64,000 nucleotides of DNA from Nautiliales bacterium. Lineage in GTDB: Bacteria > Campylobacterota > Campylobacteria > Campylobacterales > JAADDX01. Below are positions 27,487 through 35,511 of this stretch, piece after piece. Made by a program: the position numbers and the translations under genes. The notes beneath the pieces were generated by a model that worked only from the letters and a program-made list of their open reading frames with translations, made no database searches and had not been told where the DNA came from. The first letter of the stretch is position 1. Every line of letters starts with the position of its first letter. The stretch spans positions 8,664 through 72,663 of the forward strand of contig JAUUDM010000012.1 of the NCBI GenBank assembly GCA_030826765.1. The letters are read 5' to 3'.

Positions 27487-28548
27487 TTAATTGCTACAAC
27501 TACATTCTTTCTCTCTAAGTTGACCACAAGCTGCTGAAATATCCATTCCTTTACTTTCACGAATAGTACAAATAACACCTTTTTTTGTAAGAATTTCTCT
27601 AAAATTTTCCATTTTGTGTTTTGTTGGTCTTTTATAGTTAGTTCCAGGATATGGATTGAAATAGATTAAATTAACTTTTGCTTTGATTCCGTTTAATAGT
27701 TTCACCAGTTTATTAGCACTTTTTTCATCATCGTTAATATTATCAATAACTAAATATTCAAAAAGAATTTTTTTTCTTCTATCAACTGGAAATTTTTTAA
27801 CAGCTTCTATAACTGAATGAATATTATAGGCTTTATTCATAGGAATTAGCTCTTCTCTTAATTTATCATCAACTGCGTGTAATGATATTGCTAGATTGAT
27901 TCCTAAATCTTCAGTAGCTAACTTTTCTATTTTAGGTGCAATTCCACTTGTTGAGAGAGTTTGACGACGAGGAGCGATATGAAGACTGTTTTCATTTGAA
28001 ATAATTTTGATAGCTTTTACCATATTATCATAGTTATCAAGAGGCTCTCCCATTCCCATATAAACTACATTTAAAGTTTTTTCTTTATTAAAATTTTTTA
28101 CTTTTTTCATCATCCATACTTGTGCTACAATTTCAGCTGGCGTTAGATTTCTAACAAATCCACCTTTTGCAGTTAGACAAAAACTACAACCAACTTTACA
28201 TCCAACTTGACAACTGACACAAACAGTATATCTATCTTCACTGATGATATTTCCTTCATCGTCAGTTTCACCTTCTTTCATTTTTAATAAAACAGTTTCA
28301 ACAGTGTGTCCATCTTTTAATCCAAATAAAAATTTTTCAGTACCATCAGTTGCTATTTCTCTATTTATAATTGTTAATGGATTGATAATATATTCAGTTT
28401 TTAATTTTTCTCTTAAATCCTTTGGTAAATTTTTCATATCATCAAAGTTTTCTACATATTTATCATAAATCCAGTTAAAAATCTGTTTTTTTCTAAATTT
28501 TGGCTCAATCTCAAGTTCATCTGGTAAATAACTCATTATCTCTTTCAT
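27487..28548 (-). CDS. rlmN: 23S rRNA/tRNA (adenine-C2)-methyltransferase RlmN (radical SAM)
   Basis: 353 aa with the radical-SAM cluster QVGCKVGCSFCLT and a C-terminal DISAACGQL motif carrying the catalytic Cys. Confidence 0.9.
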   Translation of the reverse strand: MKEIMSYLPDELEIEPKFRKKQIFNWIYDKYVENFDDMKNLPKDLREKLKTEYIINPLTIINREIATDGTEKFLFGLKDGHTVETVLLKMKEGETDDEGNIISEDRYTVCVSCQVGCKVGCSFCLTAKGGFVRNLTPAEIVAQVWMMKKVKNFNKEKTLNVVYMGMGEPLDNYDNMVKAIKIISNENSLHIAPRRQTLSTSGIAPKIEKLATEDLGINLAISLHAVDDKLREELIPMNKAYNIHSVIEAVKKFPVDRRKKILFEYLVIDNINDDEKSANKLVKLLNGIKAKVNLIYFNPYPGTNYKRPTKHKMENFREILTKKGVICTIRESKGMDISAACGQLREKECSCSN

Positions 28549-29078
28549 TTAATGTATCCTTTTTCTTTTAAATAATTAATTAGTTTATTTTTTGCTTCTT
28601 TTATATTTTGTAAATATTGTTCGTGGGCATTTTTTTCACAATAATTTGTAATTACAAAAATTCCTTTTACTGGGATATTAAACTCTTTGGCTACTTTTAC
28701 TACACTATAAAATTCCATATTTTCAATTTCAAATCCAAGCTTATCAAAAGCAATGGCAGAAACTTTATCTGTTGTAATATAGTTTGAAGAATTAACTACT
28801 GTTTCACGTGAAACACTTGCTGTTATGAAATTATCAATTGGTGAGTAAGATTTTTTTTGTAAAAAAGATATTTCTATTTGAGCAGCAGTAGATGAAGTAA
28901 CTATATCAAAAATTTTATGTTTATCTAGATTGTAACTTCCAGCACTTCCAATAAAAATTAAAGCTTTAGGTCTATCAAGTAAACATACATTTGTTAGATT
29001 TATTGCACTTTCAATAAGTCCAATTCCAATAGGGTGGGCAAAAGAGAAAATTTCCTCTTTTCCAGCAGATAAAATCAT
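28545..29078 (-). CDS. Nucleoside phosphorylase-family (PNP_UDP_1) protein, short form
   Basis: 177 aa with IGSAGSY and E.ENMEFYSV...IPV.GIFVITNY motifs of the MTAN/PNP fold. It overlaps the rlmN start by 4 nt. The substrate is unknown. Confidence 0.55.
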   Translation of the reverse strand: MILSAGKEEIFSFAHPIGIGLIESAINLTNVCLLDRPKALIFIGSAGSYNLDKHKIFDIVTSSTAAQIEISFLQKKSYSPIDNFITASVSRETVVNSSNYITTDKVSAIAFDKLGFEIENMEFYSVVKVAKEFNIPVKGIFVITNYCEKNAHEQYLQNIKEAKNKLINYLKEKGYIK

Positions 29079-29120
29079 ATAATACCTTTTTTAGCATAAT
29101 GCTTTTTTAATGGTATTATA

Positions 29121-29942
29121 CTATTTTTTTAAGTGACTTAACGCTCTACTTAATAATTCTGCGTGATAAACTTCTTGTCTTGAAATAAATAGTAAAAAGT
29201 TTGATAAATCATCGTTTCCAATTTTTTCAGCCAATACTAAACACTCTTTTTCAGCACCTATTTCTTCTTCGATATTTTCTTTTAAGAATCTGATAATTTC
29301 AATATTTTTATATTTTTCTTTATCAATACTTCTTACGAAGTTTAAAGTACCAAGTTCAGCTGAATATTTTGCAAATCTTTTTAGATGATAAATTGAATCA
29401 CTTGCTAAATCCGCAAAACAATTAACTGCTTCAATATTATCATTTATATGAGCTTTTAGATAAGAATAAATAGTAATTAATTCATATTCTTTAAATGTTT
29501 CTCCAATCAAGAAGAAATTAAATGCATCAGCTTGTTCTGGAGTAATTTCTACATTTTTTAAAGTTTTATGTTCATCAAATGCTGTAATTTTTTCATCATC
29601 ATTCATTGTTTTTAAAACATTTAATAAATATTCTTCATCACTTTTAAATCTTGCAATAGTTGGTGCATCAATTCCATTACTATTTTTACATTCTATAGAT
29701 TCTTCAATTCTTGCTATTATTTTTTCTCTTAATTCTTTTGTAGAATTTACTTTTAAATTTCTTAAAGAGTCGATATCCATATCAAATTCAACATCATTTT
29801 TTACCATATCATTCATAGCCCACATCATATGTTTGTATTCAATTAATCCAAAATCTTCATATATTTCTGCTATTTCTCTATTTGGGTGCATAAATGATGC
29901 ATATAACAAACTTAAATAATTCATTTGTTTAGTTTTTACCAT
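29121..29942 (-). CDS. Hypothetical protein, possibly ferritin-like (two ExxH motifs)
   Basis: 273 aa and helical. EYKH (in LIEYKHMMW) and EVYH (in RQEVYHAELL), with acidic partners, suggest a di-iron four-helix bundle. I recognise no family. Confidence 0.3.
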   Translation of the reverse strand: MVKTKQMNYLSLLYASFMHPNREIAEIYEDFGLIEYKHMMWAMNDMVKNDVEFDMDIDSLRNLKVNSTKELREKIIARIEESIECKNSNGIDAPTIARFKSDEEYLLNVLKTMNDDEKITAFDEHKTLKNVEITPEQADAFNFFLIGETFKEYELITIYSYLKAHINDNIEAVNCFADLASDSIYHLKRFAKYSAELGTLNFVRSIDKEKYKNIEIIRFLKENIEEEIGAEKECLVLAEKIGNDDLSNFLLFISRQEVYHAELLSRALSHLKK

Positions 29943-30108
29943 TGTTATTCCTTTTTTGATTTATAATATCATAAAATTTAGAAAAAATATATAAAATAAG
30001 ATAAAATTTGTATTAAATTGCGTAGAATTGTAACGACTCATATAAAATATGTCGTATTTAGTATAATTTAATATCTTTAGTAAGTTTTTTAGAGTATAAG
30101 TAAATTAT

Positions 30109-30573
30109 TTAATCGTTTTCTACTACTTCTACTAATGCATTAAAAAGAGTTATCATATCATTATCTGCTTTTCTTAAATGATTTGCACAATCTTTTGCCA
30201 TATGCCACATAATTTTATATCCTATTTCTGGATTTTGATCCATAAAATTTTTTAGGTCATTTTTTGTTACTTCTAAAATCACAGAATCTTCAATAGTTTT
30301 AATTGTTGAAGTTCTTTTACCTTCATCAATTAAATTTATTTCACCAAAAAATTCGTTTCCTCCTGCTTCTATTATTGTTACTATATAATCTTCATTATAT
30401 ATACTCTCTTTTGAAACAGAAACTTTGCCTTCTATAAGTAAAAATGCACTGTTTCCTGTTTCACCTTCTTTTATTAAAACTGTGTTAGCTGGTACCTTTT
30501 TTCTTTTAAAAATTTTTATAAGTTTTTGAGATTCTTCTTTATTTAATTCTTTAAATAGTGGGTAGTTATACAT
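30109..30573 (-). CDS. Stand-alone cyclic nucleotide-binding (CNB/CAP-effector) domain protein
   Basis: 154 aa with the phosphate-binding-cassette-like FFGEINLIDEGKRTSTIKT in a beta-roll context. Its ATG overlaps the upstream K+ channel gene by 8 nt. Confidence 0.75.
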   Translation of the reverse strand: MYNYPLFKELNKEESQKLIKIFKRKKVPANTVLIKEGETGNSAFLLIEGKVSVSKESIYNEDYIVTIIEAGGNEFFGEINLIDEGKRTSTIKTIEDSVILEVTKNDLKNFMDQNPEIGYKIMWHMAKDCANHLRKADNDMITLFNALVEVVEND

Positions 30574-31651
30574 TATTATCCTTTTCTAATATTATAAGAG
30601 CTGTATGCTTTTGTATTATATAGTTATTATTTGGAGCTAAAATAACTTTGTTAAGCTGTATATGTTGTAATTCGTGTATTTTATCATATAATTTATCTAT
30701 ATTAGGAGATTCTTCAGCTTCTTTTATATACTCTTTTTTTAGTTGTTTTAAATTCCCATAATTTTCTATAACTCCAATAATAAGAGAATTATTTTGCAAC
30801 ATTTCATCAAATATTTCTTTATAAGTTACTGATATTTTAGGTGTATGAATAATTTTAAAATTTTTATCTTTAATTAAATTACCAATTACTTGTGAAATAC
30901 CTGGATCAGTAATTGCTTTTGATAAAAGATATTTATTGTATTCTTCATTTAAAATAATTTCATCACATTCTATTTTTTCTAAATATTTTTCAAATTTCGG
31001 ATTGTTTATTTCAGCAATTAAATAGATATTTTTATTTAATGATTTTAATAAAATTGAAGTTGCTAATACTTTTGCATCACTATTTTCATCTCGCTCACCT
31101 ATGATAATAGCTTTTGTTGCATTTTTAGCTTTAGCTTTTAATAATATATCTTCTTCACTAAAGTCGCCTTTTACAAATTTTATATGTTTCATTTCTTCAA
31201 GAATCATTTCTATTGCTGGTGTTAGTTCTTCATTTATAATAACAATACCCTCTACATTAAATCTTTCATTTGATTTTAGAAATTCATTTAATAATGTTTT
31301 AAATTGAGGTTTATAACCACAAATTATTAAATGTTTATTTAATTCATCCACACTTTCCCACTCCCTTATTTTAAATATAGTTTTTTGAATTAATCTATTT
31401 GTTACAATGGCTGTAAATAATGAAACTGCTATTGTTGATAAAATAATTAAAATTATTGTGATACTTTTTGTTAACATTGTATGTGGAGTAATGTCTCCAT
31501 ATCCAACTGTTGAAGCTGTAACTATTGCCCAATAAAAAGTTTCAAAATAATTTTTAAAATTAGAATCTATATTAGGAAATATATAAGAAATACCTAATAT
31601 TAAAAATATAAAAAAAATAAAATATAAAATCCAAGCTTTTATTTCTTTCAT
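30566..31651 (-). CDS. Two-TM potassium channel with cytoplasmic RCK/TrkA-N domain
   Basis: 361 aa with the selectivity filter TASTVGYGDITP between two TM helices, followed by the Rossmann-like HLIICGYKPQ... RCK domain. Confidence 0.85.
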   Translation of the reverse strand: MKEIKAWILYFIFFIFLILGISYIFPNIDSNFKNYFETFYWAIVTASTVGYGDITPHTMLTKSITIILIILSTIAVSLFTAIVTNRLIQKTIFKIREWESVDELNKHLIICGYKPQFKTLLNEFLKSNERFNVEGIVIINEELTPAIEMILEEMKHIKFVKGDFSEEDILLKAKAKNATKAIIIGERDENSDAKVLATSILLKSLNKNIYLIAEINNPKFEKYLEKIECDEIILNEEYNKYLLSKAITDPGISQVIGNLIKDKNFKIIHTPKISVTYKEIFDEMLQNNSLIIGVIENYGNLKQLKKEYIKEAEESPNIDKLYDKIHELQHIQLNKVILAPNNNYIIQKHTALIILEKDNNV

Positions 31652-31822
31652 AGCTTTTTATTATAACTTATAAATTTATTTAAATTATTCAAACTTAAAT
31701 TTCCTTTTTATATTTTTATGATAAAAATAATTTTGTTTCTCGTGAAACATTTATTTAATTTAATTATATCAAAAATATTTAAATATAATATCTAAATAGA
31801 TATCTTTTAATAAGTATTATTT

Positions 31823-31831
31823 TGATATAAT
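31823..31831 (+). promoter_or_regulatory. Extended -10 promoter (TGaTATAAT) for galE
   Basis: TG at 31823-31824 and TATAAT at 31826-31831. It abuts ATG 31832, so that codon cannot be in the transcript. Confidence 0.45.
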
Positions 31832-31873
31832 ATGAATATAAAATTTATTAAGAATGAAGGAAATGTTTTATTT

Positions 31874-32896
31874 ATGAAAATACTTATAACAGGTGGAGCA
31901 GGGTATATAGCAAGCCATACATTGATAGAATTAGCTAAAGCTAACTATGATTTTATAGTTTATGATAATCTTTCTAATTCATCTCGTGAATCAATCAAAA
32001 GAGTATCTAAAATTATCAATAAAGATATAACTTTTATTGAAGGTGATATAAGAGATAAAGATAAACTTCAAGAAGTTTTTTCAAACTACAATATAGATTC
32101 AGTAATCCATTTTGCAGGGCTTAAAGCAGTAGGAGAGTCTGTAGAAAAACCTCTTAAATATTATGATAATAATGTATGTGGGACTTTAAGATTATTAGAA
32201 GTTATGAAAGAAAATGGTTGTAAAAAAATCGTATTTAGTTCTTCTGCTACTGTTTATGGAGATCCACTTACGACTCCTATTACAGAGGATTTTCCAGTAG
32301 GAGGTACTACAAATCCTTATGGAACAAGTAAATATATGATAGAGAGAATTTTAGAAGATTTATATATTTCTGATAATTCTTTTAAAATAGCGATACTTAG
32401 ATATTTTAATCCAGTGGGAGCATATGAAGATGGAACTATTGGTGAAGATCCAAATGGAATACCAAATAATTTAATGCCTTTTATTACACAAGTTGCAGTT
32501 GGTAAGAGAGAATATTTAAATGTTTTTGGTAGTGATTATGATACTCACGATGGAACAGGAGTAAGGGATTATATTCATGTAATGGATTTAGCAAATGCTC
32601 ATGTAAAAGCGATTGAATATTTAAATAAAACAGATAAAACTAAACCACTTATTGTAAATATTGGGACAGGAAAAGGATATAGTGTTTTAGATGTTGTTAA
32701 AGCATTTGAAAAAGCAAGTGGTAAAAAAATACCTTATAAAATTATAGATAGACGTCCAGGAGATGTTGCTAAAGTATATGCAGATCCAAGTTTTGCAAAA
32801 AAAACTCTTAAGTGGGAAGCTACAAGAGATTTAAATAAAATGTGTGAAGATAGCTGGAGATGGCAAAGTCAAAATCCAAATGGATATGATGAATAA
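31874..32896 (+). CDS. galE: UDP-glucose 4-epimerase
   Basis: MKILITGGAGYIASH..., with the SSSATVYG and YGTSK catalytic motifs. The start is moved from 31832 to 31874 (promoter position, SD GAAGGA). Confidence 0.9.
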   Translation: MKILITGGAGYIASHTLIELAKANYDFIVYDNLSNSSRESIKRVSKIINKDITFIEGDIRDKDKLQEVFSNYNIDSVIHFAGLKAVGESVEKPLKYYDNNVCGTLRLLEVMKENGCKKIVFSSSATVYGDPLTTPITEDFPVGGTTNPYGTSKYMIERILEDLYISDNSFKIAILRYFNPVGAYEDGTIGEDPNGIPNNLMPFITQVAVGKREYLNVFGSDYDTHDGTGVRDYIHVMDLANAHVKAIEYLNKTDKTKPLIVNIGTGKGYSVLDVVKAFEKASGKKIPYKIIDRRPGDVAKVYADPSFAKKTLKWEATRDLNKMCEDSWRWQSQNPNGYDE

Positions 32897-32898
32897 AT

Positions 32899-33888
32899 TT
32901 ATTTATTCCACACTCCTGCTATTTTAGTATCACATTTAGGACAAGTTCCTTCATTTGTAATTTTGTTTTTAACTACTTCATATCTATTTCTTACAACCAC
33001 ATCATATCCACATTTAGGGCAATATGTAATATCAGGAACATCTACATTTCCAAAATAGATATAATTAAGTCCATACTTTTTACCAATATCATAAGCTCTT
33101 TTTAGAGTTTCTATTTGAGTAGCATTTTTATCAAGCATTTTATAATCAGGATGAAAAGCACTTAAATGCCAAGGAATATCTTTATCAACATTTGCTATAA
33201 ATTTAGCCATATTTTCCAACTCTTCAGTTGAATCATTTTCTCCTTCAATAAGAAGTGTTGTGATTTCTATCCATATACCTTTATTGTGCATTCTTTGAAT
33301 TGTATCTAAAACTGCATCTAAATCACCTTTTAATACTTTTTTATAATACTCTTTATTAAAACTTTTTAAATCAATATTTGCAGCATCTAACCAGTCCATA
33401 TCTTCAATTTCTTCAACTGATTCAAATCCATCTGTAACAAATATATTTTTTGCACCTTTAATTGCTACTGATTTACCTATATCTTTGGCATAAGGATAAA
33501 AAATTGAAGGTTCGTTATAAGTATAAGCTACTCCATCACATTGATAGTCTTCAACTAATTTTGCCATATCATTAGGTGTAACTACAACATTTTCATCAAT
33601 TTTATTTGTTTGTGAAATTTGCCAATTTTGACAAAAAGGACATCTAAAATTACATCCAACAGTTCCAATTGATAAAATTTTGCTTCCTGGTAAAAAGTGA
33701 TAAAGTGGTTTTTTCTCAACTGGGTCTATATTTAATGCACTTGGATGATTATAAACTAAGTTTTTAAGCTTACCATTTTCATTTTTATTTACTCCACAAA
33801 TCCCAGTTTGTTCCTCTTTTAATTTACAATAATGTCTGCATAAAAGACATTGTATAGTATTGTCATTTAATGTTTTGTAATATTTCAT
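32899..33888 (-). CDS. amrS: AmmeMemoRadiSam-system radical SAM enzyme
   Basis: 329 aa with the N-terminal Cys cluster CLLCRHYC...GICGV, then DPVEKKPLYHFLPGS and the radical-SAM motif GCNFRCPFCQNW, plus a C-terminal CPKC...CPKC. Confidence 0.75.
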   Translation of the reverse strand: MKYYKTLNDNTIQCLLCRHYCKLKEEQTGICGVNKNENGKLKNLVYNHPSALNIDPVEKKPLYHFLPGSKILSIGTVGCNFRCPFCQNWQISQTNKIDENVVVTPNDMAKLVEDYQCDGVAYTYNEPSIFYPYAKDIGKSVAIKGAKNIFVTDGFESVEEIEDMDWLDAANIDLKSFNKEYYKKVLKGDLDAVLDTIQRMHNKGIWIEITTLLIEGENDSTEELENMAKFIANVDKDIPWHLSAFHPDYKMLDKNATQIETLKRAYDIGKKYGLNYIYFGNVDVPDITYCPKCGYDVVVRNRYEVVKNKITNEGTCPKCDTKIAGVWNK

Positions 33889-35101
33889 AACTTCCCCCTA
33901 ATATTAAAATTATAATTAAATTAAAAATAGCAAAATATTTAAAGTTTTGTTTACTTCCTATGAAATAACTATAAATAAGTTTTGCTATTTGATTGGTAAA
34001 TGTTGAAATTAAAATACCCCAAATAGCAATATTTTCTAATAAAGTTTTATTCTCAGCATATTTACTTAAACTAATTGTAATAGCATCTACATCTGTAATT
34101 CCAGCAATAAATGAAACTATCAAAGTTCCACTATCCCCGAAATAAGTATGAGCAACTTTTACACCTGCAAAAATAAGCCCAAAAATAATTCCATATTTTA
34201 AGCTTTCCCATAATTCAAGTGGATTTTTATACTCTATTTGAGTGTCACTATAATGATTTGAATTTTCTTTCATTAAATAATAAATATATATAAAACCGGC
34301 AATGGATGCTAATAAAAAAGGAATTACAAGTTTATGCATAATTGATATGTTAAATAAAGCAGTCCAAATAAATACTCTTAAAAGCATAAGTGTATTTGCT
34401 AAGTTGATGGCAATTGCTGTATGTTTTGAAATAGACGGGTCTATTTTGGATTTTTGTGAAAAAGTTATTGTAGTAGCTGTACTTGAAGCAAGTCCACCTA
34501 TAATTCCAGCTAAATAGATTCCTTTGTTTCCTAAAATTTTATTTAAAATATAACCTAAAAATGAAAGACCACTTAGTAAAATTACAAATATCCACAATTC
34601 ATAAGGATTTATGAGTTGCCACTTATCAATAAATTTGTTTGGTAAAATTGGTAAAACTATAAATGTAATTAGTAAAAATGTAACAACTGCATTTAAATCA
34701 ACTTTAGATATATATTTTTCATATGTTGTAAGCGTTGATTTTAAATTTAGTAAAAACACAACTAAAACAGCTGTATAGATTGCAAATTCTATGTTTTTGT
34801 TTACCATTATTCCAAGCATATAAGTGGCTATTAAGCTTACTTCTGTGGTAATTCCACGAGTTTTTTTATCTAAATTATTTAGATAGTATCCAATACCTAT
34901 AATAAAAATAAGTCCATATAGAATACTAATATTTAAGTAAGTTGAAAGATAACCAATTAATGCAACTATTGCAAAAGTTCTAGCCCCTGCTAAATCTGTT
35001 TGATTTTTATATAAATTATTAAGTTCTCTTTGCAGTCCAATTACGAAACCTATAATAATAGGAATTAATATTTTTATATATTCATTTTGAAGATAGCTCA
35101 T
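33863..35101 (-). CDS. MgtC/SapB-family plus DUF4010 integral membrane protein
   Basis: 412 aa and polytopic. It has the N-terminal MgtC-like IGFVIGLQREL...AGARTFAIVALIG. Its stop lies 26 nt inside the downstream amrS ORF. Confidence 0.65.
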   Translation of the reverse strand: MSYLQNEYIKILIPIIIGFVIGLQRELNNLYKNQTDLAGARTFAIVALIGYLSTYLNISILYGLIFIIGIGYYLNNLDKKTRGITTEVSLIATYMLGIMVNKNIEFAIYTAVLVVFLLNLKSTLTTYEKYISKVDLNAVVTFLLITFIVLPILPNKFIDKWQLINPYELWIFVILLSGLSFLGYILNKILGNKGIYLAGIIGGLASSTATTITFSQKSKIDPSISKHTAIAINLANTLMLLRVFIWTALFNISIMHKLVIPFLLASIAGFIYIYYLMKENSNHYSDTQIEYKNPLELWESLKYGIIFGLIFAGVKVAHTYFGDSGTLIVSFIAGITDVDAITISLSKYAENKTLLENIAIWGILISTFTNQIAKLIYSYFIGSKQNFKYFAIFNLIIILILGGSYEILQNIK

Positions 35102-35107
35102 CCATTA

Positions 35108-35146
35108 CTCCTTGTGAATTAATTATAACACAAATTGCACAAGGAG
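35108..35146 (-). promoter_or_regulatory. SD-sequestering hairpin in the leader of the MgtC/DUF4010 gene
   Basis: The minus strand reads CTCCTTGTG-(21 nt)-CACAAGGAG-taatgg-ATG. The 9-bp perfect stem includes the GGAG SD, 6 nt before ATG 35101. Confidence 0.45.
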
Positions 35147-35155
35147 AAAGATAAA

Positions 35156-35410
35156 TTATAAAATATATTTTATTTCTGGATGCTCTTGTAATTTTTTGTA
35201 AAGTTCATTTCTTTCATCTTCACTATTTACCATTACTTTCGCTTTTTGTGAATGAAAACTTTTATGACTTTTTGAATGTTTATGATCAAAATGATTAGGT
35301 AAACACTCTTTTATAGCATCGTGTAATTTTTCTTTATCTTTTCCAAATACACAAAATTCCCATGTACAAGGATATTCTATTTTTGCATCTTTTATTTCTT
35401 GTCTTTCCAT
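35156..35410 (-). CDS. DUF493 (YbeD-like) small protein
   Basis: 84 aa. IEYPCTWEFCVFGKDKEKL...VMVNSEDERNELYKKL fits the YbeD/HP0495-type fold signature. Confidence 0.55.
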   Translation of the reverse strand: MERQEIKDAKIEYPCTWEFCVFGKDKEKLHDAIKECLPNHFDHKHSKSHKSFHSQKAKVMVNSEDERNELYKKLQEHPEIKYIL

Positions 35411-35511
35411 AATTTACCCCTTTAATTTAAGATATTTAGATAATATAATATTTTTGAAGATTTGTTAACTTTATTTAGTCTAAGTATATCAACTTAGACT
35501 AAAATCTGTTT

